A stretch of 64,000 bases of DNA from positions 26,846,001 through 26,910,000 of the forward strand of contig OZ286477.1 of the NCBI GenBank assembly GCA_965644265.1. Direction: 5' to 3'. The notes under the pieces were generated by a model. That model searched no databases, was not told the origin of the DNA, and saw only the letters and a list, made by a program, of their open reading frames with translations. Every line of letters begins with the position of its first letter. Position 1 is the first letter of the stretch. Source of the DNA: Glycera tridactyla (taxonomy: Eukaryota). A program made the position numbers and the translations under genes. Shown here in pieces: positions 1 to 13,920 of the stretch.

Positions 1-840
1 TCACGAAAGAACATGAAAGACAACATTGTCAACACATGAATGCATGAATATGTTCTCGGCCACATGTTTAGATGACATTATATAGTATACAGGTTCAATC
101 GGATTCTGAACCAACAGAAATACACATGGATTCAGGCAATCATTGGTAGTTGAAGTTGAAATTCAATGCATCGCGATTTGGCCCATGCGACTTTCGAACA
201 ACCGGCAAAGATTGAGTCTTCAATATGTCGCTAGTGTAGTAAAATACGTGGAGGTTGCTTCGGTATCGGTAGATATGGGATTTTGGCCAAATCAGTGAAC
301 TCATAGTCGCCATGTCAGTGAATTGAAAACAGTTATACTATAGTATAATGAATACTATCATGATGTGATGTTGGGAACATTTGTTCATTCGAACGAATTC
401 TTTTGATAAAACGACGTAGATCATACCGAAACTATACTGATCATCATTATCATATGACTCAATAATCATTAGGATGGTGATGGATATGATGATGATGATC
501 ATGTTGATGATAGTAATTCGAAGATACAACAAGAATTTCCGAACTGCAATTTCACTCTTCTTCCATATAGGCAATTATTCATGTTTTGGGTAGGTATTCA
601 GCACGTAGTGACTTCTGTACCGTGTATTATATTACGAACTTCTAAACACACCCAAGCTTTCTAACACAACCAAGAAATCCCGAAAACTTGGAGGGAAATT
701 TTCTACGTGTTTATGGTGGTCAAACCATTCGGAATACGATCGTCAGGGATCATTCATCCAGTTATACTGTTGTTTCGAAGGACGGACAAGGATTATCATG
801 AGTGATACTGTCGTTGTTGTTGCTACAATGATAAAAATAT

Positions 841-2010
841 GAAGGAAAATGATGATAATAATAATAATAATAATATTAATAATGATAATAATGATAGATC
901 ACTATATTATTTTATNNNNNNNNNNNNNNNNNNNNNNNNNNNNNNNNNNNNNNNNNNNNNNNNNNNNNNNNNNNNNNNNNNNNNNNNNNNNNNNNNNNNN
1001 NNNNNNNNNNNNNNNNNNNNNNNNNNNNNNNNNNNNNNNNNNNNNNNNNNNNNNNNNNNNNNNNNNNNNNNTATTATTTTTGATATTATTATTATTATCA
1101 TTATCAATATTTCATGATTATTGCCATCATCATTATGTTTTCATCATCATTACTATTATCATTATTATTATTACTATTATTATCAATATTATCATCGTTA
1201 TCATTATCACTATCTTTTGATTATCATTATTATAACTATTATTGCCATCATTACTATCATCATCATAATTATCATAAATAGCATTGTTGCTATTGTCATT
1301 ACCATCATAGAGATCATGGCAGAATGCCTCATGATCAACTGTAGAACCGGATAGCTTTCATGTTTCAAACTATGGGTAATGACCGCAAGGGGGAAACGAG
1401 TGTGAGATACTCCATTCTGTTGCACTTAACCATTCCAGATACCCCAGAATATCAAATATTTTAGTACTTACCTCCAGGTGATAGCAATTATTTTTATTAT
1501 GGAAACCACGATGTCTGTGATGATAATAACAATGACAAAATGATACTATGGTTATAATCATTATTATTGTCAGCATTATCATCACGATCTCCTTTATTCT
1601 TACTATCAATCTTGTTATCATTTTTATCATTGTTATTATTATTGTTATTATCATTATTATTATCATTACTATTATTATTGTCACCATTATTAATAATACC
1701 ATTATTGAAATTATATTCATTATCATCATTTTCTTCAATTGCATATGCTTGTGTCAAAAAAAAAAGATCAACCAAAATATGGACGGAGTACCTAAGACCT
1801 ATGTGAACCTGGTAGTCACAAGTTGATCGCAAACTCTTCGTCAACCGGTTCGTTTACTTGACTCGCAGAGTTCAGAGAGCATCATCATCATCATTTCATT
1901 TTCAATGATAATATTATTATTTTTATTACTATTACTTTTATCGTTAAATCTACCACCATCACTATTATATCATCATTATCACCAATTGAGTATTACCATC
2001 ATAATGATTT
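841..2010. repeat. Compound (ATT/ATC/ATG)n low-complexity region in three blocks, with an N-gap at 916-1071
   Basis: Runs such as aataataataat and attattatcatcatt; these produce the poly-I/N/H ORFs in the track. Confidence 0.9.
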
Positions 2011-3379
2011 CCCCATCATGTGTATTTATATTACCAATGAAAGAGGCAATTCTGTTCATATTTTGAATCTGAAAACTGTGTCTTCTCCCACAACGAGAAA
2101 TCCAACCTGCGATGCCAGATCACTCTTCTCGCTCATCCCTTACCAGTCGACAATTGTGTGTAAAACATACTCCTTAGTATCTTTTACTTTGACATCTGAT
2201 ACTTTGACATTTCACACACTTATCAAATATACTAAGTGTAGGTCCTGAACGAGGGTATAATCTGTATTTGAATACATGGGAAGAAATTGGCACATTCTCA
2301 AAATTAGTCGAATATTTGTGAGAAAAATCCCTGCTTTTTGGGCGGAGACGTTACCTTTTATATCCTGGTTGTGTCAAATATACACGAAGATAGAACACAA
2401 GATGAATGCTGCTTCGAACGAGGCAAGTGACAGGAGAATGCCTGCTTTGTCCTGTGGCATTTTGGGAATCCCTGCGGACACATGCATTTTCTGTTGGCAT
2501 CTGAGGAATTCTCAGAGATGTCAATAAATTTCTCTATCGATCTACATAAGCGATCTTTGTCTAACTTACGATGACATGGGAAAGATTTAAAGATGAAACG
2601 AAAACAGGGGAAATAGATTCATCCAAAACTAAGGATGTTGGGAGCGAAGGTGCAGGCAATGCTTCAAATATTTTATTTGGAACTCAGTGAATATAATTTT
2701 GGAGTTCTCCAAATCCACTCTATCAGAAATGGGTGAATAACATATTTCCCATACGTGATATGTGAATTATTCGTGAGGCATTTGAACATCAAATGAGGGG
2801 AACACGGAAGAATTATTCATCATGCATAAGAGCTTCTCTGAATTTCAAATCATCACTTCCATATTTCTGTCAAAGCAGCAAATTGTCTACCGCCTTTCAT
2901 ATATAGATGAGAAGATGATAGTTTTGTCAACATAATGCCGAGTTAGAATGCAATAAGAATACTACATGGATATAACTTATAGCGCACATGGGTATCTGTT
3001 TCAGGAAATGTCTCTCTCATATTATATCGACATTTAGTTTATCTTTAGCGAGGTAGTTGCTTATTTGACTAAATTTCCAGCTCTTGTCCTCACCAGAGCA
3101 AAGCTCTAGGCGCATAGTTGCTTCGGCAGCTGACAAATTAGCAGAGTTGCAGTATTTCGGTAATTTTTTTGTTGTCACGAAAGATGAAGGTTGGTCCATT
3201 ATGGAGGGATGTTTTCGTTCAGTTCTGTCTTGATGCTCTATGTACGCCGAAACATGCCGACCTGGGAGTGAGTTGAGAGTGAGATTCAACTAACATCGTG
3301 TGTATCAGTGCATTTTGTAATTCATAACATGCTACATACGCCGTATCGAGTAGGTTGATACGCTGAAATCACAGCGATA

Positions 3380-3445
3380 AATGGCCGAGAGTGTAAAATG
3401 GGAGAAACAAGATGGCGGCTTCTTTCACGGCGGCCATTTTGATCC
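3380..3445 (+). promoter_or_regulatory. CpG-rich promoter-like segment with opposed YY1-type motifs
   Basis: caAGATGGCGGC at 3409-3419 and GGCGGCCATTTTG at 3429-3441; local CpG enrichment. Confidence 0.5.
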
Positions 3446-3490
3446 GAGGTTCGATTCGTTCCGCCGATTCATCTCTCCGTTCTAGCAAAG
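3412..3490 (+). CDS. Candidate first coding exon MAASFTAAILIRGSIRSADSSLRSSK(G)
   Basis: aagATGG start inside the YY1 motif, open frame, donor AAG|GTAGGT at 3491, Ser/Arg/Ala-rich composition. Confidence 0.4.
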
Positions 3491-5344
3491 GTAGGTGTTT
3501 TTTGTGACCCCCAAATCCACTGAACTCTCATCTGCCCTGTTCCACAAACCCCCACATCTTCGCTTCAGTGATTTTCTCGTGATAAACTCGATTTATTTCG
3601 AGAGCTCGATAGAGTCCTCTGCGCAGAGTATACGAATATAGGTCAACCTCGCTCTTGCCGCAATGGCGCTGACTGCATGAAAAACATCTCGTTGTATCAG
3701 CTGCCACAAAATAAGCAACAAACCTCCGCTGTTTTGAAGTTGAAGTATGTATACGGTTGAGCACTCCATCGGGAGAGTGAGTGTACAGGGTTATTTCGAA
3801 GAATGTCTATTTCACCGCCGAAGATAAACACCAAGTTCCAGTACATACTGGCAAGAAGATTAACTTCGTGAACCATGGGCCATGATTTCTTTCTTTGTTT
3901 ACGTACTTGTCCCATATATTCTCGTTGGCAATGCGGTGCATTTGAGTTTGCTTGCTTAGTGCATTTCTCTTGTTGCTTTTGCCATACTAACTTCTACAAA
4001 GTAAAGCTGGATTCGAAAAAAAAGAGGACATATATGACAAAGTACAGGATATTTGGATTTTACTGCTTGTGTTTGAGTAAGTGGAGGAGAAGAATGAAGA
4101 GAACGAATTCGGATGACCTTTCCTTGCCAGCCTCTGTATTGTGAATTTTTCCGAATACATTCACCATCAATAATTCAATTCTGTATGACTAAAGTCATAA
4201 TTTCCACATTAATGGATAACACAAAACGTAAATGGTAGTATCTATGTTAGGGATATAGGTCAGAACAAACTGCTCGAAGCAGCATCGTCTATTATAGCAA
4301 AAGAAATAGTGCCCTCACAATTCAGGGCAAATAGATCATGCCCTAAGCACATGGCCAATTTATCAATGACATCACGCCAGTACACCTACCATACGTATTT
4401 CAGAACGACGCTACACATTTATTTGTAAGAATCAACGAAAATTCTATCCATTTGAATGAATGTCTGAAAGTATATGTCGACATATCATCCAGTTTTGTGC
4501 TATTTGCGGTGAAAATAATTCTTGTGTTCTGAAAGTCTGAAAAATGGAGTACAATCCTGTGGTTTTCCCGCGAAACTCAGTCTATCATCTGGTTTCCTGG
4601 TATCTGGGGCGATGTTGCCCCATCTAATATAGGTATAAAAACAAGGGCGCTCCTATCAGCCTGCAGTGCATATGGATAATATGGGTCAGAGATGTGGGTG
4701 TGTACTGCAGATTTATCTATTAGCACTCGATGTGTGTTACTGAACCCAACCTCTAGCTGGGCAAATGTTCCAATTCTTTACTGATATAGTGGATACACCA
4801 TGTATATATCCTATATCCATATCTTTGGTAATTCAATCTTTATCAGCATGAGAATAGTACTATTAATTTGATGTTCCCAGTATATTAGCTGATATACCAA
4901 CCACTACTCTTTTCAGGCAAGAATTATTGCAATTTACAGGTGATGCTACTCCTCAAAATTAAGAGTTTCCTTATCATTCCATTGCGATTACTGGTGATGT
5001 TACTGTTTGGATATGTAACTGCTATTATCTTTTTCCTTCAAAAGTTGACATCTATGTATTGATGATACTATTCAAATTCTCAAAAATACATAATTGGATA
5101 TAGGTGATAAATATATCTCCTATATATTTACTTGCGATTGATTATCGAGAGAATCTAATAAGGTAATCCACATCGGAGTATATAGATTCCTTTCCTGGAT
5201 CGATGAGATGATTAGCCTGGAATCAATTTTATGGAAATCTGCTTAGACTGTTGCAGATTCATTTTGACCCACAATAAAGATACAGCTGTCGTCCCAGCCC
5301 TTATATTCTCGTCGTCTCTGTCGCTCTTTTCACCTTCAATGCAG

Positions 5345-5370
5345 GATCATCAAGACAATTTTTGTTAAGA
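5345..5370 (+). CDS. Candidate 26-nt microexon (G)SSRQFLLR
   Basis: Long pyrimidine tract ending caatgcAG, donor AGA|GTGAGT, phase compatible with 3412-3490. Confidence 0.3.
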
Positions 5371-5595
5371 GTGAGTGTCCGCGATTCCGACTGTCGGATA
5401 TCGCCTTCTCCAATGTGGATGACATTCTTTCAGCTTTTGATCGAAATGATAGTACAGCAAAGCCTGCATGTGATTTCTCAAGGTAGACAATCTCTGGTAA
5501 TTCGGAATAAAAAGTTGAGAAAATATTCCGGACATTGTGGGGAGAGCAGAGGCCGATATGATATTATTTCAGGCCATCACACAGGTATTCTATCT

Positions 5596-5758
5596 CTCAG
5601 TGGTAGCATGCTGGGCCGGCGTGCAATGGGTCTGGGGTTCAATCCCCGATCCTACCATGCAGGAATGTTTCACCCTTCATCTTCGCTCCTCCTTGGCAGG
5701 TGGGTCTGATTTAGCCTACTCAAGTGCAGAAAGTGGACCTAAAACCTTAACATTTCAT
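5596..5758 (+). mobile_element. tRNA-derived SINE, copy 1
   Basis: A-box-like CTCAGTGGTAG and B-box GGTTCAATCCC, then a ~100-bp body shared with 16264-16429 (10 differences in ~162 nt by eye) and 58210-58369. Confidence 0.85.
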
Positions 5759-6082
5759 TTTCTCAAATATCCTAATATTGCTAGGGCATTTTTGAGCATG
5801 CAGACGGGTGCAGGCCTGATTAGTGAGGCTCTCTTTGGCTGTTGTAGCACTTTTTCATGTTTTCTTCGTGGTGACTCAATCATGCTTCTGAAACCTGGTC
5901 GAAGCCCCCGATTTGCAAAAGCAACCAAATAGGACAAATTTTCCCGTGATACCAATTTTTCTCAGAAAATTTAGGTGCAATCAGGCTGATACAAAATTTG
6001 CTTAATCACAATGGCAACCATCCCACGAAATATGCTGCAATTAAATAAGATCTGGTTCGCACACGTTATATGTTTTCATAAG

Positions 6083-6228
6083 AAAATGAAAAGGACATCG
6101 CATCAGTGCATCATACAAAGTGTAGGCAGTAGTCGAATGGTGGTTTGATGAATATTAGATAAAATTGAAAAGGACATTGCATCATACAAAGTGTTGGCAG
6201 TAGTAAGGTAGTGGTTTGATGAATATTA
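6083..6228. repeat. Imperfect tandem duplication, ~70-75 bp x2
   Basis: tgaaaaggacat..gcatcatacaaagtgt.ggcagtagt...gtggtttgatgaatatta occurs twice. Confidence 0.85.
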
Positions 6229-8639
6229 ATGGATTATCTAGCAGGAAGCCAGAAAGTTGCTGCTTAGGATAGGTTTTCATTGAATGCAGTGGTTGCTCCA
6301 TTCACTGTATTTCTGGTATATTTGCCCCTTGGAATTTGGTGATGGCCCAAACATTTCGATATTAGCGGCCATTAGGCAACTTATTCGAAATTTTTAGATG
6401 CATCATATGCCAGGTGAATATAACTAGAAGGCAGTTGGTAATCCCATGGATTAGTAGAAAAGTCGCTGCAGGATGAAGAAAATAGTAAAACACATTGGTA
6501 TATATATATATATATATATATAGTTTTTGCTAATGTTTGTCGGCCAGGATTGGAGGTCATTGACATCTGTAATTTGGCAGAAGAGCAGAACAAGCACTGC
6601 AAGATATCCAACAGAGATTGAAAAAAGCCCAGGAGCCAATGAAACAAGAACAAATTCATGGCTGAATGTAGAATTTCCCCCTCAGCGATGAGATATTTTG
6701 ATACTCTATACAAACCATAACTCTCACGATATTGAACCCACAGGTCATTTATTCTGAGCGAGATAAATCGGCCAAGTTTATCAGAAAAGAATAGGCATAC
6801 ATATATCACAGTTCCTGATGTATCTTCCTATGTCAGATAACAATAAGGCGAGCCAATTGCAGTCAGTTCTAGTCTACCAGCAAAGCTACTAGAATTTATA
6901 GTCTCTTGGAAAGGGCGCCAATTTTTTCTCAGTCATTGCCATTGATTAGTATTCTCCGCTCTTCAAGACATATATATGATATATCTATATTCTTGTTAGA
7001 ATATCAGGCAGGTTCACTTTCAGACCTTCATCTGAAACCCATAAAATGCATGAAATTTTCGAGTTGGGAAATACTGCCAAGTTCACATTTATTTCAGTAA
7101 TTTTTTTCGCAAAATATGACATAATACATATCTCGTTGATCGCCTTGTAAATATCCCTGTAGCTCTGTATCATATCAGATATGCTATATATCAGCTATGC
7201 TATATATCTAATAATATGTACCTAGCTGAAAGACAAGAACTGAAATCGATGATATATCTTTCGCTGAAAAATGCAATATCGTATAATATTTCTACTGCCG
7301 AAGATAACAAGTTGCATATGTCCATTATCTTTTGAAGCCAACACCTTTGCCAATATTTTTCCAAAATAATGTCTTTTCGCCATACTGACGCAGACTCAGA
7401 CACACACACATGCACGCACATTAGCACTTGCATAAGCATGGACATTGCTCGAATGCAGGAAGAAGGATGACACCAGAATAATTTGCACAGCATACCACTG
7501 AACAATAATCAAGGAATCCGACTTGAGATGAATTGTAAAAAATGTTTTCTTTTCTCAGATTGAGTCTAGTTCCGTAACTAAGAAAGACCTGCGAAACGAA
7601 ATAACTGTACCTCACATCGTCGCCCTGCACAGATATTGATATATCTATGGTATAAAGGAGAATATTTTATTCTGTCATCAGCGTGTCATTGATTATAGGC
7701 AAATTGTTACCTGAGTCATGAGGTCTTTCCCGTGAATCTGATTATATGGACGGGAATAACGTAACTTGTGACACAAATGCCTGCAAACTAATGATGAAAC
7801 ACGGGTTCAGCGTATGCAGGATAATCAGATGTCGTCGCTAAGTCATTCGTTGCTAGTTCAGCTTGGACAGGGCCGCTTCTAGTCAACATCTGTATGCCGC
7901 CGGCGCATTGAGAATCCATCGATTTTTGACAATCACTTCCTCTCTGTAATGTCGAATGTGCGCTATCTCGCATCCTTCACCAACAAACAACGACAACAAG
8001 GTGCTGAACTACCCCCTGTGTTAGCAGAGAAGCACCTGATTAAAGACAGGTCCATGTCCGCGAAATGATTTAGAGATGCAACATAATCAACCATTATGAT
8101 TGTGGAGTAAGGATTACCCTTCATAAGCCAACATTTCAATATTTCATGCACAACACAGATATTCAAAGCATTATGATTTTGGATTGATGATTACTTTTTC
8201 ATGCAAAAGTTGTGATATTTTATGCTTGATATTATTTAAAAAATTGAGGATTCTCTAATTTGATTGTACCAACTACTGCCATCATTACTCCTATAGATTG
8301 TCATGATAACTAATCTTGGTTATTTGAGTTTAGCATCCCTGAAAAACTTGGTTCAAGGTTTTCCAAATATTTTGGTGGTGGCAAATATTACCATAGTTAC
8401 TTTCAGAATATTCCGTTCCTCAAAGCTCATCAGCTCTGTTAACGTTATACTTGGTATATTTCAAACATTGGTACCGAAAAGATAGGGAATTGTAGAGCTA
8501 GTCAAGTCCATCTCTCTAAATTAATCCTGATCTGTAAGATTCGGGAATTTTCTGAATTGACGCTGAGCTAAGAGGCATAGTTAAGCTATATTCATTTCAT
8601 TCACGGTCACCTAGCCGACATAAGCTTCACGACAGGTGG

Positions 8640-8715
8640 CACCAGCACCACAAGCAACACCAGCACCACCAGCAACACCATCAAGGCCACCACCACCACC
8701 ACCACCACCACCATT
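8640..8715. repeat. (CAC/CAG)n trinucleotide repeat
   Basis: accagcaccacc...accaccaccacc. Confidence 0.85.
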
Positions 8716-9480
8716 GTCAAAATATCCAACAATATCATTATAACTGCCTGTATTTCTGGAAGACGAGGGGCGGGGGGAAATATGTAGGCCACGGAATGAA
8801 ATTACCGTTTATATGAACGTGTTGAGGATAAAACAATTGTTGGCCTGTCAAGTGAAATCCTCTTCATACTTCCCCATCATGAAAAAACAACATAGATGTC
8901 TATCACATGCAATGCGGGTATGCCCATGCAAAGATGGATTTGGTAATATTTCCATAAATTCACCCATATTTCCAAACTGGTTTTTGTGTCTCCTTGTCCA
9001 TGTTTGTATTCATGTTTGGTGTATAGGCCCAGGACATTCGACCATACTCCCAATAAAAATATGTGATCTTCATCACTGGCACAATACCAAGAAATGAGAC
9101 CATATTTTCAAACATCCATTTCACCATTGATTACTGACAAAAGTCACAGTTGACCATATTTCCATATATTTATTCAATCTCCCAGGTATCACAGTAGGAA
9201 AAGATCAATCTGTCACTTCAATTCCAGTACCACATGGTTAGCCCATATATGCCTGAGGATTTTGAGAGTGAAGTTTCGAATCTGACGAGAACTTCATTCA
9301 AACTGATAAATGCTTGAAATTCCATATTCGAACAAGCACTACCAATATTGGTTTTCCCAATAGTGCATGTACTTTATGTGGCCAGGACCTTTCTTCGTGT
9401 CTGATCTTAGGGTATATTATCAAATTAAATCATGCTGAGTTCTGTGTCTAACTGCAATATGAGAGATCCCTTTTTGCTAG

Positions 9481-9519
9481 ACTCAGCCAAATGACACCAT
9501 TCATCTATCACGATTAAGA
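9481..9519 (+). CDS. Candidate 39-nt exon TQPNDTIHLSRLR
   Basis: Acceptor ccctttttgctAG, donor AGA|GTAGGT, open in phase 0-0. Confidence 0.25.
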
Positions 9520-10273
9520 GTAGGTGATTGTCCTTGTGACATCGAGATAATAAGGCAATGCCTACAAATCACTGCTTTTTCCCTCACCACCCTCATCATG
9601 AGGGCAATATCTTTGAACTGTGATTAGTTAGTCAGTGCAAACAGGTCAATACTCAATACACGAGCACATGATAAGTGTAGACAGAAAAAAAGTTGGAAAA
9701 CAATATACTTCTCCTTTGACACGAATTCATTCATTTGTGATCCCAACAAGTTCAACCACCAAGACAAAACCGAAGGAAAAAAAAGTTCACTACATTATGT
9801 ATTTGTTTGTTATTTCTGAATTGCCCAAAATATGTATTATTTCCCCGGTGTTGGTGACACACATTTCGGTTTGGATGGATCTTATATGATAAATCCCAAG
9901 GGTTTTGCATTCATATATTCGCAGTTGTTTCAATCTGTTTTGACATATTCAATTAGATGTATGTGATGGGGGGGGGGGCAAATTCAATCCAGATTTCGAA
10001 AAAAAATAGGTTCATCTCATTGCCATCATGGTGTCAGAAGGATGAGTCACGATCTCAGAATGAGTAGCCCTCAGGATCATTTCTGAAATCTTCTTCCATC
10101 ACCCGGCACTATGAAGCTTGTGATATCAATGGATTAAGGTTGATGTCATTTTATCGGAGTTTCCTATCAAAACTTGACATACAAGTTCAAAACTGAACTT
10201 AAATTGGGATTAAATGTCACATTGATGCAAATTCGGTGGAAATCGCTGAAAACTTGATGAAAGTCGCAAAAAA

Positions 10274-10357
10274 GATACTTATGAGATTGTGTTAGGGTAG
10301 TTTGAGAAAATCTAATCATATTCCCGAAAATCTAGACTCATCTGATAGACATCGCTG
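10274..10357 (+). mobile_element. Decayed partial copy of the MITE at 48098-48279
   Basis: gatactt.tga...gggtagttt.agaaaat....atatt.ccgaaaat...catcgctg aligns with the 3-prime half of that element. Confidence 0.55.
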
Positions 10358-12019
10358 GTATGGGGTATTGTAGCGGATTTAAGTGAATTTCATTCCAGGA
10401 CGAAGACTCAATCACTCATTCTAATATCCTGCACAAACTTTTGTTCGCTGCTGCTGGAGCATACAGAAACTCGAAAGATTATTCATGAATTGCTTCGTTT
10501 AATTTTTGTCTCCTGGTGCCAATTTCTTCGCAGAAGTTGAGCGAAATTCTGTTATTTGGTGATAGCCGAAGTCAGGCAGATAATTCCAGAAGGGATACCT
10601 CGAGTTCGGCAATACTGTATGCTGAGATGACACTTGGATAAAAATTCAATTTCAACTTTGTCTCCGATTATCAACAATAGATGATGACTTTATCTCGGAT
10701 AGATGAGAAATGAGGCATACTTTCAAGGCATGATTTTGAGGAATCAGCTTTTCGATCCGTGCGTAACCACCCATCTTTTCAGACATGGCTCACTTGTCAT
10801 TCTAGGTACGATATTGTATATCAAAGCCAACCAGATAAACCAATTAGTAGAAAGTGATGTTCCCGCTTCAATATGACAGGGATTAGGGTCAATCTGAAGC
10901 ATTGATACTCCAAAGAATCGGAGTTCTATGATTGCATTTGTCTGGCATATATGATGTGAATATCGAAGTATATGACTCAGTGATGAGATTTAGAGGGGTT
11001 ATGTTCAGATGCGTTTCTTCTCCGAAAAGTCATTGTTTTCTTGTTTTGATGAACCAGGGTTTCACGTAGCCAGTGGCTACCGAATTTACCCTCTGGCTAC
11101 CATATTCTGGAAGTTAGGATCTAGCCGCGACTAAAATTGTGAATAGCAATGCATTGACCGTCTATCAAGATTATGTATTGGCTACAAACAAATGTCAGGT
11201 TAGGAGGCGGTTCTTCAATATTTTTGCCAATCTCTGTATACCTTATGCATTTGTATAGATAGTGGCGGATTGTATGTGATGACTTCGCTATAACATCCAT
11301 CCTTCCCGCGATACAATCATTTGACAGGATATTACATGCATGTCTTATCATGACATGATAATTTCCGTGTTCGTTTCAATCTATCTGGGATCATATGACA
11401 CCATAAGTCATGCCAATATCTCATCCTAAACGTCGTGTGGGCTGGCCCATTATTCACGTTGGCCTTTTACATGTTGTGGTGAGAACACAGCTGATAAAAA
11501 CTCGTGTTTCCTTATCTATGAATACCGGTCCTGGCGTGTCTGGAGGACCATGCATGTTAAGACTTTTTTCTTGTCGCTCGTCTCGACTTTTTCGACTGGT
11601 GTCAATGCGGACAGAACACCATATCAACACCACCTAGTCCACTATAACAGCAACTACAACCTTCGATAGGAAAGCAATCAGAAACAAATCATCAAACCCA
11701 AGGATTCTGGTCTGATGACTGATAAACCCAAGGTTCTTTTCTGTTGGATATATAAGACAAAGGTCATGAGGATGACCTTGAAAAAAGGTCACATTTGTAT
11801 ATGATATTCCGGTTACTATAAGACAGTGGAGGCGTTCTGCACCTGGTGAACTTTGAAGATGATACGGCATTGGCGTTAATTATTATCTTTCGGGTACAAA
11901 ATGAGGATTCTTGAAAAAGCACCCTGTGAGAGAAAAGTATAGGTAGCTCCGTTGAATGATATCCCGACCAGGATTGACAGGACACCAGCTGTAGAAGGAA
12001 CACCGGAGAAATGCCGACA

Positions 12020-12120
12020 TCATAATGATAATAATAATGATAATAATAATGATAATGATAATAATCATAATGATAATGATAGTAATAATAATATTGATAA
12101 TAATAATAGTGATAATGACA
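12020..12120. repeat. (ATA/ATG)n microsatellite
   Basis: cataatgataataataatgataataataatgat. Confidence 0.9.
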
Positions 12121-12649
12121 TCAGAAAATGAATCTGTTACTGACGAATATCATGAACGCCAGTTTTGCTCGCATGTTCAAACGTATATTCATTAGTGGTG
12201 AAGTGAATGTACTAATCAAGGTTTTCACTAGTATTTCATATCACTGCTCTTACTGACTGCATTGTAATGGGTCTCCTCATATGTCGTTATTATAAATGTG
12301 ATTTGAATTTCAATGTAATGAAGACAATCTTGACATGAGCTGTTTCCATTACCAAACGAAACACATCACAAATATGACGATTAATTTTGCTGCTTCTTCC
12401 ACATCCACTGCAAGTATTGTGACTCCTACTGATATACTCACTATTGCTACTACAGAAAACGTTACTGCTACTACTCCAACTTCTAATCTACTGATGGTAC
12501 TATTTCAAACATACCATCTCATCAATCATCTTCATTGAATCATGATAGTAAGGAATACAGTTTATTGGGAAAGCCCTGTACTGGGCAATTGTTGTATATG
12601 TACAATATGACGAATATAAATAAAGAAAAATCAATCAATCAATCACAAT

Positions 12650-12712
12650 ACTTACTACTACTAATACTGCTACCACTGCTACTGCTGCTACTACTTCTAC
12701 TCCTACTATGAC
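12650..12712. repeat. (CTA/CTG)n microsatellite
   Basis: tactactactaatactgctaccactgctactgctgctactact. Confidence 0.85.
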
Positions 12713-13611
12713 TGGTATTACCATCATTAGTACTAAATATACAACTACGCCATTTTTCTCGAATATATGGATTTTCAGCATGGACTATTTTCAATTTGTT
12801 CTCTCCTTTTTCAAAAACATCTCTGCCCATTCAAAGAAACACTCTTCTAATAGATCTGAATTTCAGACGATCAACTGTTCCCATAGCGACAGCTGTCGAG
12901 CAGTACTACCAATTATAATACAATGACGATAGAGGACGAAAAGTGATTATTATAACTATTATTGATGGCAGAATTCTGTCCAATGAGATACGATCGGTAA
13001 TTCAAGTGATTATTTTGGAAGAGGCCATTGGCCTTCTTGTATGTCTAGGGCGTTACACTGTCAGTTCCTGATTGGTAGACCTAGAACACGTGTGTGTAGT
13101 ATGACTAAATGTATACCCTAGTGGATAATTCGTTACGCCTCATTTACCTGCTATCACCACCCTCAAACGGCGGAGGAATATCATCCCCATGTACAGTAGA
13201 GTGATGCGCCGCTCTCATGGGGGATACCCCTATCTTCGCCCCCTGTGGTTTCACTTATGGCCCATTCCGTCTAATCTACAAACTGGCTTTACTACGCTCA
13301 TCTGATCCTCATTAAAAGACGATTAACCACCCCCAAATCCTCTAATATACGGAGTAAAATTAGTGCCCTCATTTCTCATATATGACAGCAGATCAAAGGC
13401 GAGGAGAGAGCTTGAGCTCTTCCTTCCTTAGCATCTGTGGGTGTTCCTTTTCATTCAGTTTATTGTTTTACATTTTTTTTACTTTTATGACTGAGATTTA
13501 CACGAGTGCACTTACGAGGTCACTGCCTCCAGATACTGCATATCTCATCACTAACCTGGATACTCGATCAGATTAGAGAACACAATCTTGCCTTGGATTT
13601 GCCAATCATTG

Positions 13612-13685
13612 ACGGACGGACAGACGGACGGACTGATGAGCGGTTGGATGGGTGGTTGGGTGGCTGGATAGGTATAGATAGATAC
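13612..13685. repeat. Compound tetranucleotide repeat (GGAC/GGAT/GATA)
   Basis: gacggacggacagacggacggac...ggatgggtggttggg...atagatagat. Confidence 0.8.
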
Positions 13686-13920
13686 AGAAGGTCGAGTGGT
13701 AGCGGAGAAAAGAGGGGGCGAAACGAAAAGAAAAGAGGAAGCTGAGAAGAATTAAAGTGAAATTAAGATCGCCAAGTGAAACAACCAGCATTAAATGAGA
13801 ATGAACAGATATTCGTGTGAATACATAATGCATATGCATACATACTCATTGTTTCATTTCAATGGAAGGAAGCATAAGTATCAGATCCCTGAAATGTGCT
13901 GAATGTCGAAGCCAATTTTT

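Noticed and set aside
338-1844. Ile/Asn/His/Met-rich ORFs of 66-124 aa
   Set aside because: Translations of trinucleotide microsatellites and N-gaps
3118-3131. tgcttcggcagc matching the U6 snRNA 5-prime stem
   Set aside because: Only 12 nt match; the rest of U6 is absent
3446-3460. B-box-like GGTTCGATTC
   Set aside because: No A-box or cloverleaf upstream
5537-5932. Shared peptide GRRAMGLGFNP..YHA..FHPSSSLLLGRW in ORFs at 5362-5709 and 16123-16554
   Set aside because: Read-through of SINE copies, not paralogous proteins
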